A stretch of 64,000 nt of DNA from Massalongia carnosa. Taxonomy: Eukaryota. Position numbers and translations under genes: made by a program. Shown here in pieces: positions 25,913 to 36,968 of this stretch. Each line of letters begins with the position of its first letter. The first letter of the stretch is position 1. The notes beneath the pieces are model-generated. The model did no database searches and was not told where the DNA came from. It was given only the letters and a program-made list of their open reading frames with translations. Location of the stretch: NCBI GenBank assembly GCA_965645245.1, contig OZ287068.1:2914001-2978000 (forward strand). Direction: 5' to 3'.

Positions 25913-26079
25913 ATTAGCAACTACTGAGCTAGAGTTTAAAGGAATTGAGCTTGAAGCTCGCGTATTTACGCAGACGGAGTGGACTAGACTAGCTCAGCCC
26001 TATTTACAAAGTACCACTCGCTCACATCATCAACGTATTGCTTAAATTTTATTCCGGGCGATTCAGCGACTATTCCAAT

Positions 26080-26992
26080 ATGCCAGTAAAGTTTCAGCTT
26101 CTATCGGATCCATAGGAATACTGCTAAGTATTGCACAGGCCTACCACTCCATCTTCCTCCAAGACCAAGACGTTCGCGTAATTGGTCAGTCTTTCCCCGC
26201 CCGCCGGCCGCGGCCCCCCTACCCGCCCCGCTCCCCCTTCTCCCCAGAATATCATATCTGACTCCCAACTTACCAGGCAATACCGCCCTCCCTCCCCTGC
26301 GCACTCGCACCCGGGGACCCGCCTACACACTCCCCCCCCTCCCAAGCGGGACATCAGACCTGGACATCGATCCCGACAGCGAATCGTACGACCCGCTGGA
26401 CGAAGTTCTGTCGCTGTTCCGTGCCAACACGTTTTTTCGCAACTTCGAGATCAAAGGACCGGCGGACCGGTTGTTGATTTATGGTATTTTGTTCGTGAGC
26501 GAGTGTTTGGGGAAGATTAGGGCGAACATGTCGGCCAGGGAAGCGGAAAAGGTGCGGTTTCGGATTTTTGCCTAGATGAGGGATATGGGAATGGCTTGTG
26601 ATGTAAAGCGATGGGAAAGGGGGATACTAATTTGGAATGGGGAGGAGTAGGCTCTGCTGAATGCGGCATTGGATCAATTTTCCATCCCTGGAGATGCCGG
26701 CTTCCCGCTTAATCAAGCGTTTGAGGCGCCCAGAGACAGGCAAGATGCCGAAACATTACGACAGTACGTGTTCAAGTCTGTTGAATGGCACCGGGAATGC
26801 TGATCGCGTCAACAGGTACCTATCGCAAGTGAGACAGGAATTAGCGATGAGGTTACTTGTGAGAGTGTACGCCGGAGGACCCACGCCGTCGAAGGTGACT
26901 AAATAACTGAAGTCATCATGGGAGCTTTGCTAATATGCTCGTAGTGGTGGCTAAGTTTTACGAAAAGGAAATTTATGGGTAAATCATTATGA
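26080..26992 (+). CDS. ARC18: Arp2/3 complex 21-kDa subunit (ARPC3)
   Basis: Spliced MP|AYHSIFL...PLRTRTRGPA...DEVLSLFRANTFFRNFEIKGPADRLLIYGILF...FSIPGDAGFPLN...KWWLSFTKRKFMGKSL*. The ORF track does not recover it because of introns. Confidence 0.93.
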
Positions 26993-27112
26993 TTTTCAGC
27001 GGGTTACAAGGCAGGCGGATGCTAGAATCCGGGCTGCTGTAGTCCTAAATACAGTTCTACAAGAAGTTGCCCGGAGAGCCTAAGGATTTCAGTCTTGATG
27101 AGGACGGAAGCT

Positions 27113-28902
27113 TTATTCTGCCATGTCCGCAACATCTTCATGTACAAAAAAAGTCTTCTCATTCTCTCCACCGGCTTTTTTCCGGCGCTTGAATTTGCCT
27201 CTTGCCTCAACTTTCCCCTCTGCTGGTAAGACCCTTGTAGCGATAAACAAATACCCCTCGGATCCTCCTCGCCCGGTCATTTGTGGGTGGGTCCTACCGG
27301 GCAGAACCTGCCAGCTCTTACATCGAGTAGTATGAATTGTTGGTCCTAGCAATAACATCGGGTTTACTGGAAAATCTCCTGCAGGCAGGGAGTCTGGTGG
27401 GTTTGTCAAAAATGCGGTTCGCCTGGCTGTAGAGTAGTAGTCGGACAACTCTACGAGTGGCTCCACGGTTGGCGAGTAAATGACGACCTGAGCTGCTCCA
27501 CGTAGAAGAGGGATTGCGTGGTGTAAGATGGTGGCGGGATTCATTACAGATGCAACAATTAGACCATCAAATCCACCTTGGCGTGTCTCGTCCACGATAG
27601 TCTTAATACGTTCCCATCGTCGACGTTTTCGGTGGTAATTTCCTCGCTTCCCGCCCTTCCAGCTATGAAGCACTTCATCAGATACATTCTGTGGCTCAGT
27701 GTACCCGTTGTCGTCCTCCGGGGTGAGGAGCTGCAGCCAAGAGATTGTCTTCAGGTGTCGGTATAAAGGATGCGAGGGTGCTGGATTTGAAGCGTCAAAA
27801 TTGAAATATTTAAGTAAGGACAGGTTTGGCTGTGAGTTTGCATGAAGAAGGGTGATTGTATTAACCTTAGCCAAAAGGGTCTTTTCTTGGGGTACAGCTA
27901 ACCTCTCAACCCTGATTGCTGGATGATCCATAGGGAAGCTAGCTCCCAAAAGGTTGTCTGGTTGTGATGACTCGGCAGTCTCTAAGGATTCTCTTATCTC
28001 GGTTTTCCCCTCGGTTTCCTCATTGACGTTAAGAAGCCCTATCCTTTCCGCAACAGCCAGGACAACCAAACCTCCAGTCTCGTCAATTACAAGCCATCTT
28101 CCAGCGCTGACATGGTTTGTTCCCCCTGAGTTTTCAGATGGCTTGTTTAGGACCGCGTAATGAAGGTTTGCCCAGCTTCCAATCAAGGCTATCATTTCCT
28201 CTCTCAATTCCATAATTTTCATTGGTTCCTTTTCCAGGAGTATCCACTTGGCCAAAGTTGACACATCTAAAGGTATGGCTGTAAATCTTTTTAGATACTT
28301 TTTTGCTTTTCGTAAAGTATACTTAGCTAGAGCGAATGCCGTCTTCTGATCCAATGCGTTGTGCGATTCGATTATTTTAGCAATCAGGTCCTTTCCAGAG
28401 CCGGTGCCTTCAGCCTTTAGCACTTCAATCTCCTCCATGGTCATAGATTGAGTCCCCGTATCGTCAATGATATTGCGGTTACTCCGTAAGATAACCTCCC
28501 CATCCTGACCAGCCAACTCATATCCGATCCCGTTCTGTTGGTCAATCGATGCGCTAGTTTGCGACTTTTCGGAATTCAAATCGGCGTCGTTGAGAATATC
28601 TGCGTACAACTCCGCCGCCGGTACAACTCTGAGTGTTGATTTCGTGAGATCATCGGATTTGTCAAGAACTTCAAAGGTAAGGTAAAACGGACGACCGATG
28701 AGGTGGTTAGCCTGAAAGCTGCCATACTTGCCAATTGAGATTGTGCTTCATATGGAAGTTAGTCCATAGAACATTGATCCAGGACTGAGATTGCTCACTG
28801 CAGCTAAGTCACGTACGTATTTGGCACCATTTCAATGATCAGAAGACCATCTGAGGGCAGTCGTAAGGAAACGTATGTCCAAGGGCGGATCAAGCCAGGC
28901 AT
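27113..28902 (-). CDS. TRM6: tRNA m1A58 methyltransferase non-catalytic subunit Trm6/Gcd10
   Basis: IGKYGSFQANHLIGRPFYLTFE, NRNIIDD..QSMTMEEIE, KTAFALAKY.LRKAKKY and WQVLPGRTHP.MTGRGG.EGY motifs. One intron near the 5' end. Confidence 0.9.
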
Positions 28903-29514
28903 GACTAGAGTTGCTAGTTCGAAAGTTGGGGAACGATAATTCATGAACATTAGGACATGATGCTCAATGTATCAGCTAAACTAGAACCGGTATAGTAAAG
29001 TTTTTGAAACGAGGAACTTCCAGCTAGCCGAATTGGGTAACTGAGCAGTTAGTTATCGATTGCCACCAACGGGTGCCTTGGATTCGTCGATCCAAGAACG
29101 CGCAACTTCGATTATGTTTCCTTCTTTATCAACTCTGTACAGAATAAATTACTTTGTAACGACTTTCAGTCTCAATCACAACTATCTATAGTTGAAAGTT
29201 GAAAGTTCTATAAACGTTGGCTTGAACTTATGCTGTCATCGATTTAAATCAATCTTAAGTCTACATCTCCGCTGTTCCCCTCGCTTCCATCCACCCCTTC
29301 GTCCTGCTCTTGACATAACGTCTTTGGCAGAAGCTTTGAAAGCGACATAGAAACATGATGCATTGACCTCAATAGTAAACACAAGAGTTTCGAAGAAATT
29401 GAAATGATGGATGCATGACTTAGTTCTTTACCAGCTCCCGACGAAAGCGACGATAAAGCTTAGAACGTGATACCAACCCTACCTCAAAATATTTACCAAG
29501 GGTTGATTAGCATC

Positions 29515-32292
29515 ATGGTTCGAAAGATGGCAAAAATTATCGATCAGGAGGTTTCGGCGGGACTTCCTTACCCCACGACGCCAGCGTCTCCAAATGGCCC
29601 GAGTATAGCACTACCACCACAGAACGGCTCCATTGAAGCGTCGATAGCAACAATTCATGACGACCCAATAGGTAGCCATAACACAACCGACGTATGGGCT
29701 GATATGGTTAGACCAGAACTAACAGGTGAATTACCTACTTCTTTGAGGGCGGGAGGAGGAAGAATCTTGGGCGATCCTGGGGTAGGAACGACAAGGAGAG
29801 AGGATAGCTTACCTTCATCACTACAAACGGGCCCAGCAGTATGGACTCCAAGATCATCCTTTGACAGCCAAAGATCCCTAGAGCCGGCGTTGAAGCCCAT
29901 GATACCGGTAGAAATCGGTCAGCCCACGCAATCATTAAACCCTCAAACTCTGTCATCAAACAATCCGTGGGCCAGCGCCTCAACGTCCCCGCCACAAAAC
30001 CTTCACGTATCGACCATCATACAGCCATCAGACGACATGCTTGATTCACCACCGTTTGCCGAGCCCTGGATGGATTTCGCTGCATCGCCTACCCAGCCTC
30101 GCCCATTGGTTCAGGATTTTGCACCTTGCCCTTTCAATACAGAAGGTGATAATCCTTACGACTCATTTGAAAACGATCACAAGGAGAATCAAGGTGTTCT
30201 TGGAAACAGAAACCGGCCATTCATAGATGGCGACGTACTTAAACCTGTAACATACCAAGCTCTGGAGCCGCAAGAGTTAGATGGATTATCGCCATGGAGT
30301 GTTAATGAGGTAGACAAGGATCTTCCGAAATTGCCCTCCGGGAACGAAGAGCTGAGGCCGGAATTGCCTCCACGAGACTGGGCCCAGAATGAGGATATCC
30401 CACCTCCAAAACCTCCACGTGTGCCTTTACCTTCAATGACATTGTCCGTGGAGAATCCCGTGGCCTCTCCGAAATCTCCTTATATTAGGCTAAGACCTGA
30501 GACTAGCCAAACAGACGCAATCAAGCAACGAGGCGAGACATATCAGATTAGACTTGTCAATTGGTTTGATGCTTCATCGGGCAATGACCCTCGAATCTCG
30601 CCTGTAATGGTACAAAACGCAAATGGCCCGTGTCCGCTACTAGCGCTTGTGAACGCACTTACGTTGTCAACCCCTGCCTATCTTAAAACTCCACTCGTCG
30701 AGACTTTACATTCACGGGAGCAAGTGAGCCTGGAGCTTCTACTCGATGCTGTTATTGACGAGTTAATGTCAGGGCGTCGAAGAGATGCAGCACACACTCT
30801 CCCTGATGTTGGAGATCTCTACGCCTTCCTCGTCAACCTTCATACTGGCATGAATGTGAATCCCTCGTTTATTCCCGCTGAAGAAGACGGGAACAACTTG
30901 TTGGATGCTCCCCTTATTGAGTCACCGAGTAACCCAAATCACTTCCGAAAAGCTGGAGGTTTTGAGGATACTAAGGAAATGAAGTTATATAGCACCTTTG
31001 GTGTCCCTTTGATTCATGGGTGGATACCACCTAGAAATCATCCTGCATTTCCCGCCTTAAAGCGTTCTGCAAGGACATACGAAGAGGCTCAGAATCTTAT
31101 GTTCAGGGAAGAAGAGTTAGAAGATAAACTCCGGCAACAGGGACTCAGCCCTGAGGAGCAACTCATGCTCGAAGATGTTTCCAGCGTCAAATATTTCCTC
31201 TCATCTTCTGCAACGCAACTCACAGCTTATGGGCTCAACACTATGACGGTTGCAAGCATGCCAGGTTCCATCGCAATTCTTTTCAGAAATGATCATTTTA
31301 GCACCTTGTACAAGCATCCTCATTCCGGACAACTGTTTACTCTTGTGACAGACATGGGCTATGCCGGACACGATGAAGTAGTTTGGGAAAGCCTTGCCGA
31401 TGTCAGCGGAGAGGACTGCGAATTCTTTGCTGGTGACTTTCGGCCAGTAGGGAACTCTACCAAATCTTCATCCTCCAATATTCATGGGACAGATGGATCA
31501 CGCTTCCCAAAGGTCTCTGGGTTCACCAGAGGGATAAACACCATTATCAAGGCCAAAAACACTAGACCCAATCGGTCCCTGTTGCCAAACGACCCATCAT
31601 CCGCCCCCTCCCAGCGGTTTTCCTCTCTCTACCTCGGAGAGGAACCTCTAAGTTCACCCAATATGGAGCAGGAAGACCACGACCTAGCCCTAGCGCTCCA
31701 ACTTCAAGAAGAGGAAGAAGATATCCACCGCCGTGAATCAGCCGCTCGCCGCCGTGAAGAAGATCAACTCTCTCAAACCTTCCTCTCCTCTCAGGCCCCC
31801 TCATCATCTCCATCGACCCGTCGTCCGTTAAGTGGTCACGACAGCGCTCATCGTGGACAAGAGGTTCGTCCATTAGTCCCTCCCCGAGGAGGCAGCGCCA
31901 CCGCTCAAACGGTGACCCCGCGGAAAGTAATCCTCGAAAACAGTGGCGATGAGGCACCACCACCTACCTACGAGCAAGCTGCTAAAGGCCCAGCATATCA
32001 CCCACCTATAGACCACCCGGCTCACACTCCTTCTACTCCTGCTGCAACTGGCAACAACTCGACAAGACCGCAAGTCAGCGGTCAGCGGCAAAGCGCGTAT
32101 GTGTCTAATAGCGCTGCTTTTGGCGGGTCCCCATCCACACACGGGGGTAATGCGTCCGCGACTTTTGCAGCTTCCCCACCTAGAAGAGGAGGTTCAAGGA
32201 GAAGAGGAGGTAGCGCGGCGAGGTCTTCCGCTGCTGGAAGAGGAAGTGCGGCACAGGAGGGAGGTAGTGAGAAGGACTGTGTTGTTATGTGA
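29515..32292 (+). CDS. MINDY-family (DUF544) deubiquitinase with C-terminal CaaX
   Basis: Catalytic QNANGPCPLLA and FRNDHFSTL. MIU-like EDHDLALALQLQEEE. PPPTY motif. Ends in CVVM. Confidence 0.9.
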   Translation: MVRKMAKIIDQEVSAGLPYPTTPASPNGPSIALPPQNGSIEASIATIHDDPIGSHNTTDVWADMVRPELTGELPTSLRAGGGRILGDPGVGTTRREDSLPSSLQTGPAVWTPRSSFDSQRSLEPALKPMIPVEIGQPTQSLNPQTLSSNNPWASASTSPPQNLHVSTIIQPSDDMLDSPPFAEPWMDFAASPTQPRPLVQDFAPCPFNTEGDNPYDSFENDHKENQGVLGNRNRPFIDGDVLKPVTYQALEPQELDGLSPWSVNEVDKDLPKLPSGNEELRPELPPRDWAQNEDIPPPKPPRVPLPSMTLSVENPVASPKSPYIRLRPETSQTDAIKQRGETYQIRLVNWFDASSGNDPRISPVMVQNANGPCPLLALVNALTLSTPAYLKTPLVETLHSREQVSLELLLDAVIDELMSGRRRDAAHTLPDVGDLYAFLVNLHTGMNVNPSFIPAEEDGNNLLDAPLIESPSNPNHFRKAGGFEDTKEMKLYSTFGVPLIHGWIPPRNHPAFPALKRSARTYEEAQNLMFREEELEDKLRQQGLSPEEQLMLEDVSSVKYFLSSSATQLTAYGLNTMTVASMPGSIAILFRNDHFSTLYKHPHSGQLFTLVTDMGYAGHDEVVWESLADVSGEDCEFFAGDFRPVGNSTKSSSSNIHGTDGSRFPKVSGFTRGINTIIKAKNTRPNRSLLPNDPSSAPSQRFSSLYLGEEPLSSPNMEQEDHDLALALQLQEEEEDIHRRESAARRREEDQLSQTFLSSQAPSSSPSTRRPLSGHDSAHRGQEVRPLVPPRGGSATAQTVTPRKVILENSGDEAPPPTYEQAAKGPAYHPPIDHPAHTPSTPAATGNNSTRPQVSGQRQSAYVSNSAAFGGSPSTHGGNASATFAASPPRRGGSRRRGGSAARSSAAGRGSAAQEGGSEKDCVVM

Positions 32293-33345
32293 AATTTCGG
32301 ATAGGTGATTCTTGTTAAGTTGACCTGCTATGTGGATTTAGAACGGGGCTTCGGGATCCGACAATGGGATTTTCGATGGGCGTTTTGGTGCTGGGGTTCG
32401 TTTTAGAAGGCGTTTTTTGTTTACATGTTAACGTTTATCCCTTTCGAGCTGTCTTTGTTTTTCTCATTCTTGGACAAAACCAAATTTGCAAAATATATGA
32501 CTTGTCATTCATTGCCTATTAACCTTTTTTTTTCTTTTGCAACCCTCATCTTCCCCCGGGTCGCTGCTCTATCCCTACACACTTGCTTATCTAGATACAT
32601 ATTCACACAGCTACATCTACGGGAGAGCCCATCCCTACACAGGCACGCATCCATGCCATGCCATCCGTGCCGTCCGTCCGTCCGGCTGTATGTCTGGTTC
32701 TTGGACCCCCTTTCCCAGAAAGAAAGTGATCTTCGAACAACAAGGCAAACATCCCGTCTACCGGTTTCTCGCTTTTTCTCTTTTCTTCCACTTTAGGGAG
32801 GGATTTGGGATAACCCTTGCATACTTGACCTTCTGAACAATTCTTGTTTACCCATGGGGAAGTAGGGAGGAAGGACGGAGGCAGAGAAGGTCTTATGTAC
32901 TCAAAGGGTGGTGATCGGCGGAATATGGGATTAGCTGTCTCGGCTGGGCTGGCTGGGCTGCTTTGAATGCTTTGACTGAAAACTGGGTGTTTGGTGGTAG
33001 GGAGGGAAAGAGGGGGGGTTCGGAGAGGGAGGGTGACAAAGAGGGATGGAGGGGAGGGAAGAGAAGGTGGAAGAGGATATTTACGAGGAAAGTGTGAAGA
33101 GAAGGGGGGTTTGGGAATTGGACGTTGAGGATTAGTTGGGAGCCGGGAGTTGAGATTATCTTTCTTTTCGCTTTGATTTTTGGTAGGAGTTAAGTTAAGA
33201 TAACCTCACATTGAAGGCGATAGGGCTAGTTTAGGTACTTTGCTTGGGTACCTAGATATACATATAGCTCCCACAAATCCGACCGCTCCGCCGTTCTGCC
33301 TTCGTGAATATATTTCAATGGTGCTAGTCTCCTTTTCGATTCCAA

Positions 33346-35090
33346 TCACCAAGCCCACTCGTACACCACCGATCCCACTGCCCCAAAAAGGTGGAGGCCG
33401 CTTTTTTCTCCAAACATCGTTCTATTATCCCTTTCTTATGGTTAGCGGGATCCATCATCACACATCATATACGCAGCGGTGGGGGAGCCTTTTGGGAAAA
33501 GTGGTGAACAGATATCCAAGAAAAGAACCATGATACATACTCCTCGCCCGTCACAAATTTCAAACAGCATGCCTGATCGCCCAAGTCTACACCCCCATTT
33601 CCTTGTCCTATTTGGACTTCCTTACCCGTGCTGACGCTGAACAGCTGGACTTGGCGGTCTGAGGTAGAGACGGCGATGAGGTTACGGTGAACGTCAAGGC
33701 CTGTGGTGAAGAGCGGGGAGTCGTGGTTGCGATAGGTTAGGAACTTAAGATATGGTGTGCTAGGATGGTAGGGACGGGGATTAGGAAGCGACCGGAGGTC
33801 ATAAACGTTAAGCTAAGGAGGTTAGGGAGGATTAAGTCGGGGAAGATAGCTCCAATCGGTAAAGGCTTACATTATCATTCATGCCCGCAACAACTATTTT
33901 GTGCTCGTCCAGCTTCTTGACGTGGTTGATAGCGCCCAGGAATTTAAACCTTGCACTCATCCCGTTACTCCGCGTATCTCGCAAGAAAACGTCTCCGGAG
34001 CGAGCACCACTCGCAAACACATTCTGATCGAGCCAATCCACGCTCAAATTATCAGTATTTGGCACCGGGTGCGGTTCGACTTGCCAGGATGCCTGCATTG
34101 GGTACACAAGGGCAGTGATGTTGTGGCCACCCATCACGAACATGTTCGCGTTAGACCCCGGCTTGGCCGCTGATGCCCACCATTGCAACTTCGGTTGGTT
34201 AATCCTGACCCGCTCCGTGCGCGGGCTACCAATTTTTTGTATAGATCGGCCAAAGTCAGCTGGATCGCGCAGCCTCGTAAGGTAAATCGTCGCTGGTTGT
34301 TGCCCACCCAATGTGCCTGCTCTATATGATTTGTCAGCTTTTGGGCCATTCTAGTTGTACCCTTACATCCACATAGATGCTAAAGAGTGGCTCAATCAGG
34401 CAGCGGTTTTCTGCTGACGGGGCTTCCAGGATTGCTTACAGTAGAACACGGGATGGTGAGAGGCTGAGGGTTGTGATCTGTGAATGTTGAGAGGCAGTCC
34501 TATTCATATTGCGAGTGGTTTCTATACCATGGTCTTGGCATAAAAAGGCATTGGGAGCAACTCCAATTCCCCAGGAGTGCCCGTTGGAGGCATCCAGGAA
34601 CTTTTGTGGCAAATTAACCCATTATCTTTATCTTCCAGCAAGGCTTGCGATGAGGTATAAAAGCATACCTTACTAGATGTGGTCTACCGTCCATAGTGAA
34701 AGTGGTGTAGAAAAATGAGTCTGTTGCGTCATCTACAATAAATTGTTGAATGTGCGGCTTGGGCTCTAACTCCAAGAAATGGGGGAAGTAGGGCCTCCTG
34801 ACCAACCCGCTCGCCCAAGCCTCCATCAAACCTCCCAGACCAGCAGCTCTCAGCCCTGACTGTCGTTGCAAGCCCAACGATCCACCCAGTGGATGCAGCA
34901 TGATAGCTGCTTCTTGAATGCGCAAGCATGGTAAGGCCTCCATATTGTCTTTTCTTTGCTTTGCCCTAACAGCCTGTGCCATAGCTTCCTGAGAGTACTT
35001 AGCACCCTGTGGTGCTTGGTGGTTGGGCGTGATCTTAAAGTATTTATGTTTCTCCTCATCATAATAAAAGCCTGGTATTAGGCGAGCCAT
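33346..35090 (-). CDS. DCAF4/Wdr21-like WD40 protein (putative DDB1-CUL4 substrate receptor)
   Basis: N-terminal IPGFYYDEEKHKYFKI, then SGARSGDVFLRDTR and VYDLR (WDxR-like), with a C-terminal exon ending VYEWAW*. About 5 GT-AG introns assembled by hand. Family assigned from remembered motif similarity. Confidence 0.65.
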
Positions 35091-36653
35091 AGTACTTTGT
35101 CATGCGTTTTCAAGTTTCTTGGATTATAAAAGTGTAGGTAACCTAAGAGGGATTAATCAGTAGTCTTTCCAGGCGATCTCTAGTGACGAAAGATATGCGT
35201 TTGATATAGTTGCTTTGAGGAAGATGGATTGCGAACTCATGTAACAGTAATTTTGCGGACCGGCTGTGTTGTTCAAACTTTCCATTGCTTCGTTGGGGAA
35301 CGCACGCAGCTGCGAGTCCTAACACAGTTTAAGCTTGCACAAGAACCTTCACGGTTTTATGTCCTATTGCTTGACGAGAAGGCCTTTGGGCGCTGTAGAG
35401 TGAAGATTCGGACGTTCACAAAGATACTTGATTCTGCATAGATATTATGTAAGAAGCGGCTAGTAATCCAGGCAAAGTGCGTCTATGTAAGCAATGTCGC
35501 GATTAAATCCCGGCGGCTAACTGGTTTACCGACACAGTCCTTTGTAGGGTCAACTATTGTTGTAGACAACCTGAAATTTCAAGATATTTGCTCAGTGTAT
35601 TTAAACCGAGTCTCCAAGTCTCCCCTCCAAAAAAAGTCCCTGCATGGTCGGACCATATCCAGCCGACCTCTATGTATCGTCTTGCGTTTGTTTGCCTCGA
35701 GGTTACCCATTCGCGGCTGTGTTCAATACGAATACTTGAGGCACTCCTCGATGCATGCGTTTTGTGCCTGTGACTCTCCTTGCTGATTCTCTCATGGTGG
35801 ACGTCTAGCAGTTCGATAGCCAAGATCATGTCAAGACCTTGGGGCAGGAATCGGCTCTAAAAAGCAAATCATAGAGAGAAAGTAAACTTGAGGAATGTTA
35901 ACTATCCAGTTTGATTTCTACTCTCTCGCCGATTTTCCATTGTCCTTGCCGATAATCCCAGTTGAATACATCCTTAAAAGTTTTCTTGAAATTGCTTGTA
36001 TCCCAGAATCAAGACCATGATCTAGACTTAGTATCTAGGAGTATGGTATTTCCAGCGCATGAAGATGAGGCAGCTCCTTATTAAGCATGAAGTCGAGGAA
36101 GAAGAATGCTCAAAGAACAAAATCTAAGCACCTAGGTTAGCCACAGAAACTATCCGTTTGAAAAGACATGCCTCGTGTCTTGGTTTCATACAAGAAGAGA
36201 GGTCTTCCGGGTCTGCAAAGTGGATTTGGGAACGTTTCGTAAGGGTGGTGATTAACTCTGAAAACTCCTTCAGTTGTCGCCCACTAGTGGTAAGATGATC
36301 GGGATGGATGATAGGAAATGAGAGCTAGAAGGCTTGATGAAAAGGGGTAGTGAAAGATGAATGTTGACAAAAATCTTTGGAAAGATACCGGTTGATAAGC
36401 GATAGAAAGAAAGCTTGATGAAAAGACACAAATGAAATGAGAATGATGATGCCCGCTCGGAGGATCATAAGAATGAGCGGCACTTTTAAAGATTTGTTAA
36501 AAAGAAAAAAGTCTAAATAAAAGAAACGTGTTCGGATTCGAACCTCCGACCTCTCTGATAACAGAAGATAAGATAATGATAAGAGTGACTTCGTCCTCAC
36601 TCAACCCATGAGCTTGCAAGCAACAAGCTCAAACAACAAGGAGCTCCAAAGGC

Positions 36654-36968
36654 AAAAAAAAAACTCCCATGGACTCCTACCCCAACGGATGCCTTCCCTA
36701 GTTTTCATTCTTCTCTAGGCCCTTGCTCACAGTCGTGTATGCCTTGCACAATGGGTAGGCTTGTGTAGGACTCACTCGAACCTACTCGAAGGCTGTCCTC
36801 CCGGAGTCGCTGCCTAAGGTTAATAGGCTCATCCGGTCGGGTTCCTTGGAGGGTCTGCTCCGCGGCTAAGATGTCAATGGTACCCTCCCACAAGTGATAA
36901 CTCGCAAGTGTTGATCAGGCACTTGAAAGGTCTCACAGGCGGTAAGCCACCACTTACACCATCCTACC
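36654..36968 (-). ncRNA. Candidate Pol III-type structured RNA or tRNA-derived SINE-like element
   Basis: On the minus strand: A-box-like TGGTGTAAGTGG (36950-36961), B-box-like GGTTCGAGTG (36773-36782), T10 run (36654-36663), and many short perfect stems. Family not recognised. Confidence 0.4.

Noticed and set aside
36915..36968. tRNA-Sec-like fold (6-bp D-like stem and TTTCAAG loop)
   Set aside because: The flanks of the TCA triplet do not form an anticodon stem, there is no T-arm at the proper distance, and ascomycetes are not known to use Sec.
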